From IMG/VR virus record IMGVR_UViG_3300046804_003518, positions 64,001 to 128,000 of that record: a DNA stretch of 64,000 nucleotides; one strand, 5' to 3'. Origin of the DNA: a virus. Below the pieces are notes generated by a model. That model had not been told where the DNA came from. It searched no databases and was given only the letters and a program-made list of their open reading frames with translations. Made by a program: the position numbers and the translations under genes. Shown one piece after another: positions 47,875 to 57,057 of this stretch (the stretch's first letter is position 1; each line of letters starts with the position of its first letter).

Positions 47875-49250
47875 TTGAAAATTATATTATCTCTGCATTG
47901 GTTCAAGAAGGTGAGTTTGCAAGAAAGGCACTCCCATTCTTGAAGAAGGATTACTTCTCTGATGAAGGTCAGAAAGTTGTCTTTGAGCTTGTAAAGCAAT
48001 TTGTAGAGAAATATAATAAGGTTCCTAATAAGGCCGTCCTTAGTGTCGACCTCGATGAACTCAAAGGCTTGAACCAGACCACCTATGATCAAGCCAAGGA
48101 ATGTATCAAACAAATTGGAATGAATCCAACAGTCGATGAACAATGGCTGTTAGACAATACTGAGAAGTTTTGTCAAGATAAGGCAATCTATAATGCCATT
48201 ATGGATTCAATCAAGATTATGGATGATAAGAAGGAGCAGCAAAGTAGAGGTGCAATACCAAAACTACTTTCCGATGCCCTCGGTGTGTCATTTGACCAAC
48301 ACATTGGCCATGACTTCCTAGAAGACTCTGAGAGTCGGTTTGATAACTACCATAAGAAAGAGAAGAGAATTCCTTTTGATATTGAGTTCTTGAATAAGAT
48401 TACTAAGGGCGGCCTTCCTCGTAAGACTCTAAACATTATCCTAGCTGGCACTGGTGTTGGTAAGTCGTTGGCGATGTGCCATATGGCTGCTCATAATCTA
48501 TCGTCTGGCCAGAATGTTTTATACATTACGATGGAAATGGCTGAGGAGAAGATTGCTGAAAGAATTGATGCTAATCTTCTAGATGTCACATTAGATGAGC
48601 TTGCCGTCCTTACTAAAGATGCCTATAAAAAGAAGATTGAAAGGTTCAAAAATAAGACTACTGGTAAGCTAATTATTAAAGAGTATCCTACTGCATCTGC
48701 TGGTAGTGCAAACTTTAGACATCTACTCAATGAACTAAGGTTGAAGAGAAACTTCAAGCCTGATATCATCTATATCGATTACTTAAATATTTGTAGTTCA
48801 TCTAGATTGAAGGCTGGTGCCAATGTTAACTCTTATACCTACGTTAAGGCTATCGCTGAAGAGCTAAGAGGCCTTGGTGTGGAGTTTGATGTTCCTATCG
48901 TCTCTGCTACTCAGACGAATAGGACTGGCTATACGAACACTGATGTTGGACTAGAGGATACTTCTGAGTCGTTTGGTCTTCCTGCGACTGCTGACATTAT
49001 GTTTGCTCTTATTGCAACCGAAGAACTTGACAAGCTAAACCAGATCATGGTTAAGCAGTTGAAGAATCGTTATAGTGATCCAACAAAGTATAAGCGATTT
49101 GTAATTGGTGTTGATAAGAGTAAGATGAAGCTCTATGATGTTGAGATGGGTGCCCAGAGTAATATCATGGATGCACCTGGTTCCCACTACAGTACAGAAT
49201 ACGAACCTTCAAGAACTGCCGAGAAATTTGGGAAGTTCGACTTTAACTAA
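47871..49250 (+). CDS. gp41: Replicative helicase gp41 (DnaB family)
   Basis: AGTGVGKS, ITMEM, IDYL, SATQTNR, KQLKNRY. Confidence 0.97.
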   Translation: MIENYIISALVQEGEFARKALPFLKKDYFSDEGQKVVFELVKQFVEKYNKVPNKAVLSVDLDELKGLNQTTYDQAKECIKQIGMNPTVDEQWLLDNTEKFCQDKAIYNAIMDSIKIMDDKKEQQSRGAIPKLLSDALGVSFDQHIGHDFLEDSESRFDNYHKKEKRIPFDIEFLNKITKGGLPRKTLNIILAGTGVGKSLAMCHMAAHNLSSGQNVLYITMEMAEEKIAERIDANLLDVTLDELAVLTKDAYKKKIERFKNKTTGKLIIKEYPTASAGSANFRHLLNELRLKRNFKPDIIYIDYLNICSSSRLKAGANVNSYTYVKAIAEELRGLGVEFDVPIVSATQTNRTGYTNTDVGLEDTSESFGLPATADIMFALIATEELDKLNQIMVKQLKNRYSDPTKYKRFVIGVDKSKMKLYDVEMGAQSNIMDAPGSHYSTEYEPSRTAEKFGKFDFN

Positions 49251-49253
49251 GTA

Positions 49254-49339
49254 AATCAACAAGTTACAGTTCCTTATAAATCAAGAGGTTATAACTCCTT
49301 GATTTTGCGTGTTGCCTTTCCTACGGATTTGCGTATAGT
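49254..49339 (+). promoter_or_regulatory. Three IHF-consensus sites plus an early promoter
   Basis: AATCAACAAGTTA (49254), AATCAAGAGGTTA (49279), TAACTCCTTGATT (49292); TTGCCT-N16-TATAGT. Confidence 0.6.
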
Positions 49340-49347
49340 GGACGCAT

Positions 49348-51726
49348 ATGTTGAACACTAAACTTAACGAGAAGTCTGCGCTTGCGCGACTGCTGGCGAC
49401 CGAGAACTTGTCTGTTCAGTACTCGGCCAAGTATCCAACCGCGTTCTTCGATCTTCAGTCGAGAACGATTCACATTCCGCTAATTCCTAACCTCGATGAA
49501 GACATCCTTGACCTGTTTGAGGGTCACGAGGTTGGCCATGCTCGTGAGACTCCTGCTGAGGGGTTCCATTCTGCAATCAATGATAATGGTGAGATCAACG
49601 ACACGTTGAAGACATATCTCAACGTTGTTGAGGATATCCGTATCGAGCGCAAGATCAAGAACGAATATCCTGGCCTCCGTCGTTCGTTTGCGAATGCGTA
49701 TAAGAAACTTGTCAGCCAGAACTTCTTTGGCGAAGACCTCCAGGCTCGAATCAACTCGATGGACTTCATCGACAAGCTGAATGTCGAAGCGAAGGTTGGT
49801 GCCCATATTCTTGTCGACTTTGACGACAACGAAAAGGCACTACTTGAGGAAGCGTACTCTCTTGAGACTTGGGATGAGGTCGTAGCGTTTGCCAAGAAGC
49901 TGATTGGCGAGCAGGCGAAGAGGAACAAGAAGCAGGAAGAGGGTGCTGCTAAGCCTAACCCTCAGAGCAATCCGCTTGATGGCAAAAAGTCCAAGTCGCC
50001 TGATGGCAAGCCGTCAGATGAGAATAACAGCAACTCTAGCGATAACGAATCCGACGAGGAGCAGGATAGTGATTCCTCTCAGCCGTCTGATGAGGATGAG
50101 AATAAATCAGAAGAGTCTGAAGATCAGGACAATAGTGATTCTGTTGCGCCTTCTCAGACTGACAAGACTTTCCGCGAAAAGGAAAGTCAGATGTTTGCAG
50201 ATGCCAAGAAGAAGGACTCCTACTATAGTCAGGATGGCGCCTCGATTACCATCGGCAAGTATAACCTCAACGAATATATCCTTCCTGCAAGTAAGCTGAG
50301 TCCTCTTGTTGATCTTGGTGCTCGAACAATGTTTGAGCACTACATCCAGAATTCTGGCAGCCACGTGAGTTCCTACCTAGGTATTCCGTTTAGTTCTTAC
50401 GATCAGTTCGTCAACTCTATGTTGACTGAATTCCGTAACGCCAACTTGGCGTATATCAACTTCCTGATCAAGGAATTTGAGATGCGTAAGAATGCTCGTA
50501 TGCTGAATCGGGGTAAGATATCAAAGACTGGTAAGATTGATGTTGCCCGCCTTCATAAGTATCGTCTTTCGGATGATATCTTCAAGCGTGTAATGAGTTT
50601 CCCGGAGGGTAAGAACCACGGAATGATCATGTACATGGACCTTTCTGGTTCTATGGCAAGCGTGATTAGTGGTGTGTTCAACCAAGTTCTTATTCTCTCT
50701 GAGTTCTGTAAGAAGGTTAACATTCCGTTCCGTGTTTACGGATTCACTGATAGCGACATCTCTATGGCGTTTGCTCGCGAGCATATTGATCCTCAATTTG
50801 GTCATCAGCGTAGTGATGCTAAGCCGCATACGTTTCAGATGCAGCATAACTTCCATCTCAAGGAATATATCTCTAGCGAACTCAACACTCGCGACTATAA
50901 GACTGCGTTCAATAACATCTTAATGATGAAAATGTACTTTGAGGCGTATTATAGTGTCCACCGTCGAAATGCTCCAAACGAAGCAGAACAGGCTCGAAAT
51001 AATCAAGTCTACTATAGCATCGATCTCAAGAAGGTTGGTGAGCAGCTTTCATCTACGCCGTTGAATGAGGCTGTTGTCCTTTCCCAGCAAATTAGCAATG
51101 AGTTTGTTGCAAAGTATAACATCGAGAATATGGTTAACATCTTCTTGACAGATGGTGAGGCCGATGGTACGAATGCAATTCGATATAATGGTGAGCGTGG
51201 CCAGTATGGCATGCGTGATGGTTATGTCCACCGTGATTGTAAGACGCAGAGCATGATTACCCATCATAGTGGTGTTCGGTATATCATTAAGCCGAACGAA
51301 TGTAAGGTTGGGTTTTCAACATACCATCTCCTCAAGATGGCTCGTAAGATTACTGGTGCTCGTTACATTGGTTACTACCTCGCTGATAACTCATCGTTCC
51401 TCTACAATGCTGCTTCGCATGATGTGGCAGTCGACCGTTCACTTGATTGGAAGATGCATCATAGCAACTTGAAGTCGAAGTACCGGAAGGATAAGTTCTT
51501 ACACTCGACGACTTATGGTTACAACGACTACTTCTACATCTCGAGCACTGGCACAATCAATGATGACGAAGATGATGAAGAGTGGTTTGATACGTTGAAC
51601 AAGCGTTACAATGGTAATGTGACAAAGAACAATCTCTCGAAGGCATTCATCGATAAGCAGACTAAGAAGCAGCTGAACCGAATCCTTCTTGTTCACTTTG
51701 GTAAGGCGCTTGCTGAGGCAGCGTAA
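49348..51726 (+). CDS. Metallopeptidase (HExxH) plus VWA/MIDAS protein, CobT-like partner of a MoxR ATPase
   Basis: GHEVGH, NVVED; acidic linker; DLSGSM and LTDGE MIDAS motifs. Confidence 0.85.
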   Translation: MLNTKLNEKSALARLLATENLSVQYSAKYPTAFFDLQSRTIHIPLIPNLDEDILDLFEGHEVGHARETPAEGFHSAINDNGEINDTLKTYLNVVEDIRIERKIKNEYPGLRRSFANAYKKLVSQNFFGEDLQARINSMDFIDKLNVEAKVGAHILVDFDDNEKALLEEAYSLETWDEVVAFAKKLIGEQAKRNKKQEEGAAKPNPQSNPLDGKKSKSPDGKPSDENNSNSSDNESDEEQDSDSSQPSDEDENKSEESEDQDNSDSVAPSQTDKTFREKESQMFADAKKKDSYYSQDGASITIGKYNLNEYILPASKLSPLVDLGARTMFEHYIQNSGSHVSSYLGIPFSSYDQFVNSMLTEFRNANLAYINFLIKEFEMRKNARMLNRGKISKTGKIDVARLHKYRLSDDIFKRVMSFPEGKNHGMIMYMDLSGSMASVISGVFNQVLILSEFCKKVNIPFRVYGFTDSDISMAFAREHIDPQFGHQRSDAKPHTFQMQHNFHLKEYISSELNTRDYKTAFNNILMMKMYFEAYYSVHRRNAPNEAEQARNNQVYYSIDLKKVGEQLSSTPLNEAVVLSQQISNEFVAKYNIENMVNIFLTDGEADGTNAIRYNGERGQYGMRDGYVHRDCKTQSMITHHSGVRYIIKPNECKVGFSTYHLLKMARKITGARYIGYYLADNSSFLYNAASHDVAVDRSLDWKMHHSNLKSKYRKDKFLHSTTYGYNDYFYISSTGTINDDEDDEEWFDTLNKRYNGNVTKNNLSKAFIDKQTKKQLNRILLVHFGKALAEAA

Positions 51727-51834
51727 CCTGCTGATTTCTAACGAATTGTAACTTATTGATTTATAACGCTTTTACCAATATGTGTAAAATTGCTGTGAAA
51801 TCCTGTTGCCTTGACCCGTTGTTTATTGGATAAT
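51724..51834 (+). promoter_or_regulatory. IHF-consensus site(s) plus an early promoter
   Basis: TAACTTATTGATT (51749) and 1-mismatch copy (51724); TTGCCT-N17-GATAAT. Confidence 0.55.
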
Positions 51835-51864
51835 GTTCCTACCGTAGAAAGAGGTATTTTTGTT

Positions 51865-53118
51865 ATGTCGAAGACTGGATTTTATGACGCTAACGCCAAG
51901 CGTCAGTTTGTAAATGACCTGACCACTCGGTTTGGTCAGTTCGTAACGCGCTCTCAAGTTCTTGAGCTTGCTAGCGAAAAGGGATTCCCCATCCCATATT
52001 GGTTCCTGAACGATAAGGGCCGCAATATCGGTCGTGGCGCCTACACCACTGGTGCTCCCACTATCAAGCCTGCTAAGGCTGCTCGTTTGGGTCCTGTTAA
52101 CCTTGACCCATCGATGTTCGCTAACACCCAGGTTGAGCCTGATGCAGCTGTTGCTATGGTTGCAACTGTCACTCCGATCAACCGTAAGCAGAACGTCTCA
52201 GCTATCGTTGAGAACCTCATCCCATCGAAGGATGCAACGTACGTTGAGTTTGGTCCGTTCGCTCGTATTGCTAAGATCATCGAGTCAAAGATCTTCTATC
52301 CTGTGTTCATTACTGGCTTGTCTGGTAACGGTAAGACTCTATCGATCGAGCAGGCTTGTGCCAAGCTCAAGCGTGAGTGTATTCGTGTCAACATCACGGA
52401 AGAGACTGACGAGGATGACCTTGTTGGTGGTAACACTCTTGTCGATGGATCTATTGTCTATCGTGAAGGTCCTGTCCTAACTGCGATGCGTCGTGGTGCC
52501 GTTTTGATCTTGGACGAAGTTGACCTTAACGCAACGAAGATTATGTGCTTGCAGTCGATCATGGAAGGCAAGCCATACCACATCAAGAAGACTGGTGAGA
52601 AGGTCTTCCCTGCTGTCGGCTTTAATATCTTCGCTACTGCTAACACTAAGGGTAAGGGTAGCGATGATGGTCGGTTCATCGGCACTAAGGTAATGAACGA
52701 GGCGTTCCTCGAGCGCTTCCCAATTACGTTTGAGCAGGACTATCCGCCTGAGAAGGTTGAGCTGAAGATCCTCAACCGTAACATGGATAAGTTCAATTGC
52801 ATGGACGAGAGGTTCGCCGAGAACCTTGTCAAGTGGGCTGGCGTAATCCGTAAGTCGTTTGCTGACGGTGCTACGAACGAAGTTATCTCTACTCGACGAC
52901 TTGTTCATATCGTTAGCGCGTTTGCGATCTTCCGCAATCGTCTCGAGGCTGTTGAGCTTTGCTTGAACCGATTCGATCATGAGACTAAGGTCTCGTTCCT
53001 TGACCTCTACACTAAAGTTGACGCTGAGGTTTCTAAGCAGCCTGAGGTCAACCCCAACACCTTTAACGACCCGACGACTTTGGCAAACAATCCTGTTGAT
53101 GCCGATATCCCGTTCTAA
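51865..53118 (+). CDS. MoxR/CobS-like AAA+ ATPase
   Basis: GLSGNGKT, LILDEVD, TANTKG, AFLERF, STRRL. Confidence 0.92.
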   Translation: MSKTGFYDANAKRQFVNDLTTRFGQFVTRSQVLELASEKGFPIPYWFLNDKGRNIGRGAYTTGAPTIKPAKAARLGPVNLDPSMFANTQVEPDAAVAMVATVTPINRKQNVSAIVENLIPSKDATYVEFGPFARIAKIIESKIFYPVFITGLSGNGKTLSIEQACAKLKRECIRVNITEETDEDDLVGGNTLVDGSIVYREGPVLTAMRRGAVLILDEVDLNATKIMCLQSIMEGKPYHIKKTGEKVFPAVGFNIFATANTKGKGSDDGRFIGTKVMNEAFLERFPITFEQDYPPEKVELKILNRNMDKFNCMDERFAENLVKWAGVIRKSFADGATNEVISTRRLVHIVSAFAIFRNRLEAVELCLNRFDHETKVSFLDLYTKVDAEVSKQPEVNPNTFNDPTTLANNPVDADIPF

Positions 53119-53131
53119 TTAGGAGACAACA

Positions 53132-53254
53132 ATGTTAGCTGAATTTGGTAATTTGTTCTTTTTGAGTTTTGGTTTTATCGTTGGTTGGACATCTTGTACT
53201 CTCTGGCACTTCTATCTTGAGTGCCGTGAGGATTGGAGGAAGGACAATGAGTAA
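53132..53254 (+). CDS. 40-aa hydrophobic peptide (not in the ORF track)
   Basis: AGGAG RBS, ATG 53132, MLAEFGNLFFLSFGFIVGWTSC..., overlaps next start. Confidence 0.5.
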   Translation: MLAEFGNLFFLSFGFIVGWTSCTLWHFYLECREDWRKDNE

Positions 53255-53435
53255 CACCGTAGAGAAGTTGGATTGTCAGGACCAGGTGTTCGCGTTTCTT
53301 GACATGCTCCGTGATTCTGGTAAGGTCAATATGTTTGGCGCTGGCCCCTATATCCAGGAAGCGTTTGAGTTTAGTAGGGCACAGGCTAAAGAGTATGTCC
53401 TTGCCTGGATGAGGAGTCACAGCGATGTTCACTAA
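53247..53435 (+). CDS. Hypothetical protein
   Basis: GGAGGA RBS; FLDMLRDSG.VNMFGA. Confidence 0.7.
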   Translation: MSNTVEKLDCQDQVFAFLDMLRDSGKVNMFGAGPYIQEAFEFSRAQAKEYVLAWMRSHSDVH

Positions 53436-53682
53436 GGCTAACATCATAGAAAGCCTAAAGGCGAACGTAGCAGAAGTTAGATTCACAAAGTCAGATGGTA
53501 CAGTGAGAATTATGAAGTGTACACTTCGCGAAGACCTCGTTGTACCGTATGTTAAAAAGACCGATAGAGTAAAGGAGGCAAATACCGACGTCGTACCAGT
53601 CTTCGATGTTGAAAAGAATGAGTGGCGCTCATTCAAGGTAGACTCTGTACAATCTATCAGTCTTTACGGCGATCAGGAATGA
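53425..53682 (+). CDS. WYL/SH3-like small protein
   Basis: F.K.DG..R.M.CTL...VFDVE..EWRSF. Confidence 0.75.
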   Translation: MFTKANIIESLKANVAEVRFTKSDGTVRIMKCTLREDLVVPYVKKTDRVKEANTDVVPVFDVEKNEWRSFKVDSVQSISLYGDQE

Positions 53683-53710
53683 TCGCCGTTTTTTTATTTG
53701 GAGTACTAAG

Positions 53711-53926
53711 ATGGAATACAAAGACTTAACTGAAGAAGAAATGGATAAATATGAGTCTGCGCTTGTTGCCATTGAGGATAAAATCCGTATAATACGCAGC
53801 CTAGGTCTCGAGAAGCAATTACTCAAGGACCTCAACCAAGATATCCCTCTTGAACTAAACATACTAATCGCTACTGCAGTGAGGATGAACATTGGACGAG
53901 AACAACTACGTAACTTCTACTGGTAA
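53711..53926 (+). CDS. Hypothetical protein
   Basis: GGAG RBS; helical 71-aa ORF. Confidence 0.55.
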   Translation: MEYKDLTEEEMDKYESALVAIEDKIRIIRSLGLEKQLLKDLNQDIPLELNILIATAVRMNIGREQLRNFYW

Positions 53927-54878
53927 GAATGGAATCACAGCTACTATTATTCAAGATTCCACTTGCTATAGAACAGGAACAAGAATAACAACATTTGAGC
54001 TAGAGTACCCAAGATTCATTCATAGTGAGTTTATGACTCACCGTATGCTCTCCAGGAACGCTGCTTCCTCGAGGGCAATTCCTGTTTCCAAGTTGATTAA
54101 GTTGGTAGAAACAAAGCCAGCAAGACCAATTGAATGGGGTAAGAATATTAAAGGAATGCAGGCTAAGGAACAACTTGATTGGCCAGAGTTGTTACAGGCT
54201 ACTACGCTTTGGGACAATACTGCTAGAGCTACATGCGCTGCTGCCAGGAAGTTTGATGATCTCAAACTCCACAAACAGATTTCAAATAGAATTCTTGAGC
54301 CTTATCAAATGATCAAGGTAGTATGTACTGCCACAACATATGATAACTTCTTCCACCTCCGTAAGCATCCTGATGCTCAACCTGAGATCAGAGAACTGGC
54401 TACTGTAATGTGGAAAGCTCTAAACCAAAGCCGTCCCCTTTCTGTTGGACCAGGCGAATGGCATGTACCATACATTCACCGTGAGGATACAGAACTAGGG
54501 CTTCAGTACTACATCTGGGAAGAACAAGACAACCTAGAGAAGCAGCTCATAAAGACATACTTAACAGCTGAGCAAGCAATTATGATTTCAGCCTCTTGTT
54601 GTGCTCAGGTTTCCTATAGAATTCTAAACACGGATATTGAAAAGGCAAGAGATATCTTCCAGCGTCTAGTTGAATCTAAACCTGTTCATGCCTCACCTTT
54701 AGAACACCAGGCAACACCAATGAGCAATTTAACTAATAGTTGTAACAGTTGTGATAGTTGGGAGAAGGGTGTTACGCATTCTGATAGAAAAGGCCGTACT
54801 TGGTCTGGTAACTTTCTTTACTGGATTCAGCATCGCCAACTAATCAATGATCATGTTGTTTGGGAATATGAGGAATAG
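53892..54878 (+). CDS. ThyX/Thy1-like flavin-dependent thymidylate synthase homolog
   Basis: PRFIHSEFMTHR.LSRNAASSRAIP, AQPEI, ASCCAQVSY, HASPLEH. Confidence 0.75.
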   Translation: MDENNYVTSTGKNGITATIIQDSTCYRTGTRITTFELEYPRFIHSEFMTHRMLSRNAASSRAIPVSKLIKLVETKPARPIEWGKNIKGMQAKEQLDWPELLQATTLWDNTARATCAAARKFDDLKLHKQISNRILEPYQMIKVVCTATTYDNFFHLRKHPDAQPEIRELATVMWKALNQSRPLSVGPGEWHVPYIHREDTELGLQYYIWEEQDNLEKQLIKTYLTAEQAIMISASCCAQVSYRILNTDIEKARDIFQRLVESKPVHASPLEHQATPMSNLTNSCNSCDSWEKGVTHSDRKGRTWSGNFLYWIQHRQLINDHVVWEYEE

Positions 54879-54881
54879 TGT

Positions 54882-55067
54882 ATGCGACTTAGTAATGTTA
54901 TTGAAATGAGTTTGATTGAAGCGGAGAATGAAGGCCTTACAAAACACGAAGCAATTGAATATGCAGCAAGAGCAAACAGCGTAAGTGTTGACGTTGTTCG
55001 AGATGTATATGAAAATCTTATATGCCTTCAGAACAAAATTGCAGATAGGTTAGGTATTAGATTATGA
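54882..55067 (+). CDS. Hypothetical protein
   Basis: 61-aa ORF with operonic spacing. Confidence 0.5.
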   Translation: MRLSNVIEMSLIEAENEGLTKHEAIEYAARANSVSVDVVRDVYENLICLQNKIADRLGIRL

Positions 55068-56083
55068 TTCAAGATGATCCCAAGTTAGACTATAGTGATG
55101 TTCTAATCGTTCCGAAGTTTTCTGATATTGATAGTAGGTCCAAGGTAGTAGTAGACTATAATCCTATCATTGCATCTAACATGGATGGTGTTGGCACATT
55201 CTCTATGGCAAGGGCCATGTACTTACATGGCGCCCACACTGCTATCGTCAAGCACTACACTCTTGACCAGTGGATTCAATTCATTAACGAATGCCTGAAT
55301 GAGGATCACGTTGGCCCTCTTGAGCATTCCTATATCTCTACTGGTATTAGTAAGGATGACTATAACCTAACAACCTCTATCATTAAAGAGATTAAGCAAC
55401 GAACTGGCCTTGTAGCTAATATTTGTGTTGATGTTGCTAACGGCTATATGGAACAGTTCTATGACTTTGTTGCTAGGCTAAGGGATGTGAATCCATATAG
55501 TACAATTATGGCTGGTAGCGTTGTTACACCAAAGGCCGTAACAAGACTAGAGCAAGCTGGTGCCAACTTAATTAAAGTTGGTATTGGTTCTGGCGCCGTC
55601 TGTACAACTCGTATTAAGACAGGTATTGGGTATCCTCAGCTGAGTGCTGTTATGGAGTGTGCCGAGGCTTGTGTTAAGTCTGATATTGTTGCTGATGGTG
55701 GTATCACAAACCCAGGCGATGTCTGTAAGGCAATTGGTGCTGGCGCTAAGTATGTCAAACTTGGTTCTATGCTAGCAGGACACGATGAAGGTGAGCAGCC
55801 TATCATTAATAACAAAGTTGTCTTCTATGGTATGAGTTCTAGAACAGCTCAGGTTAAGCATAAGGGTGAGCTTGCTGCCTATAGATCTTCTGAAGGTAGA
55901 ACTGTTTCTATTCCATATAAGGGTCCTGTGAAGAACACAATACTTGATATCCTTGGTGGTATTAGATCGTGTTGTGCTTATGTTGGAGCTGATAGAGTAT
56001 CTAAGCTCAGTATGCATACAGAGTTTATTAGGGTCAATAACCAGTACAATAGGTCAATGGAACCACACACAGTATCACTCTAA
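55064..56083 (+). CDS. guaC: GMP reductase
   Basis: LDYSDVLI, SNMDGVGT, DVANGY, KVGIGSGAVCTTR, ADGG, FYGMSS, SEG, GGIRS. Confidence 0.92.
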   Translation: MIQDDPKLDYSDVLIVPKFSDIDSRSKVVVDYNPIIASNMDGVGTFSMARAMYLHGAHTAIVKHYTLDQWIQFINECLNEDHVGPLEHSYISTGISKDDYNLTTSIIKEIKQRTGLVANICVDVANGYMEQFYDFVARLRDVNPYSTIMAGSVVTPKAVTRLEQAGANLIKVGIGSGAVCTTRIKTGIGYPQLSAVMECAEACVKSDIVADGGITNPGDVCKAIGAGAKYVKLGSMLAGHDEGEQPIINNKVVFYGMSSRTAQVKHKGELAAYRSSEGRTVSIPYKGPVKNTILDILGGIRSCCAYVGADRVSKLSMHTEFIRVNNQYNRSMEPHTVSL

Positions 56084-56085
56084 AC

Positions 56086-56107
56086 AAAGCCCCCGAAAGG
56101 GGGTTTT
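56086..56107 (+). terminator. Rho-independent terminator
   Basis: CCCCC-GAAA-GGGGG-TTTT. Confidence 0.85.
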
Positions 56108-56139
56108 GCATATATAAAGTATTATAATTGGGGAACTAT

Positions 56140-57057
56140 ATGGCTAATCTTAGCGCCAAAGAGATCAGAAAGTATGATTACAGACCTGAAGTCTTTATTA
56201 AAAAGATAAAGGAAAAGTCTCCTTTTGAAATCACTGGTGGCAAGAAAGTTACATTGATTGCTCCAAAAAATTATGAGAAGATTCTGAGATCTGGGACTGC
56301 AGTTCAGCTTAATGAACTACGCTTTGCATCAACGTCTGGAACAGCGTATAAGTTATCTGACTTTGTAAAGACACCTGAGTTTGGTGGCAAGGGAGAAGGA
56401 GCATCTACAGCAAAAGAAGATGCTGCTTTAATGTCCCTAAGAGATCAAATTAAGTCTGCAAAGAAGAAAGAAGGGTCAGCAACTATAAATATAAGAGTAG
56501 GAACTACAACATATGAAGTTGCAGATGCTGCTTCTACACCTGGAACTCCAAAGTCGGATTTCCATTTACTTGATGCTAATGGAAAAGAGATAGTTTGGAT
56601 ATCCCATAAAGATGGAAGCACCGAAAGGGACTTTCAACAATGGGGCGGTATGTCGGAGTCTAAAGAGCCAAAGATATACAGCCATCCTGAGTCTCAACAA
56701 TTTATTAAGGATATGTTGAAGCTGTATCCTAAAGGTCTTCCCAATGCAACAACTGTTGCTAGGAAGATTAAAAATTTCCAGTTAAAAAATATGGCTGTAT
56801 ATGGAAATGAGTTTGGTGGTGAATATAGTAGACAAAATGTGACACTAATGCTTCAAGGTTCAGTTAAGCTAAGTAAGAATGGTAATGTGTATAAGATAAC
56901 AGCAACACATACACATGATAATGGCGAAACAATGAAGGGTGGTTATGAACCAGTGTTCATGGCAATCTATAAAGGTGACAGAAGCGACTTTGGTATCAAG
57001 GGAACAAGAGTCGTTATTGCACCTTACGGATGTAGAAAAATAAAAGGAATGGTTTAA
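56140..57057 (+). CDS. Basic hypothetical protein, possible PD-(D/E)xK nuclease fold
   Basis: PKSDF...WISHK motif. Confidence 0.55.
   Translation: MANLSAKEIRKYDYRPEVFIKKIKEKSPFEITGGKKVTLIAPKNYEKILRSGTAVQLNELRFASTSGTAYKLSDFVKTPEFGGKGEGASTAKEDAALMSLRDQIKSAKKKEGSATINIRVGTTTYEVADAASTPGTPKSDFHLLDANGKEIVWISHKDGSTERDFQQWGGMSESKEPKIYSHPESQQFIKDMLKLYPKGLPNATTVARKIKNFQLKNMAVYGNEFGGEYSRQNVTLMLQGSVKLSKNGNVYKITATHTHDNGETMKGGYEPVFMAIYKGDRSDFGIKGTRVVIAPYGCRKIKGMV

Noticed and set aside
43020-49250. Introns/inteins in gp43, uvsX, gp41 (and gp17, gp46)
   Set aside because: All ORFs are continuous and of ordinary length, with no intein-type splice motifs or endonuclease inserts seen.
49254-49305. Reading the TAACNNNNTTGATT palindrome as an integrase att site
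   Set aside because: No integrase or recombinase gene in the window; the motif equals the IHF consensus and recurs at three promoters.
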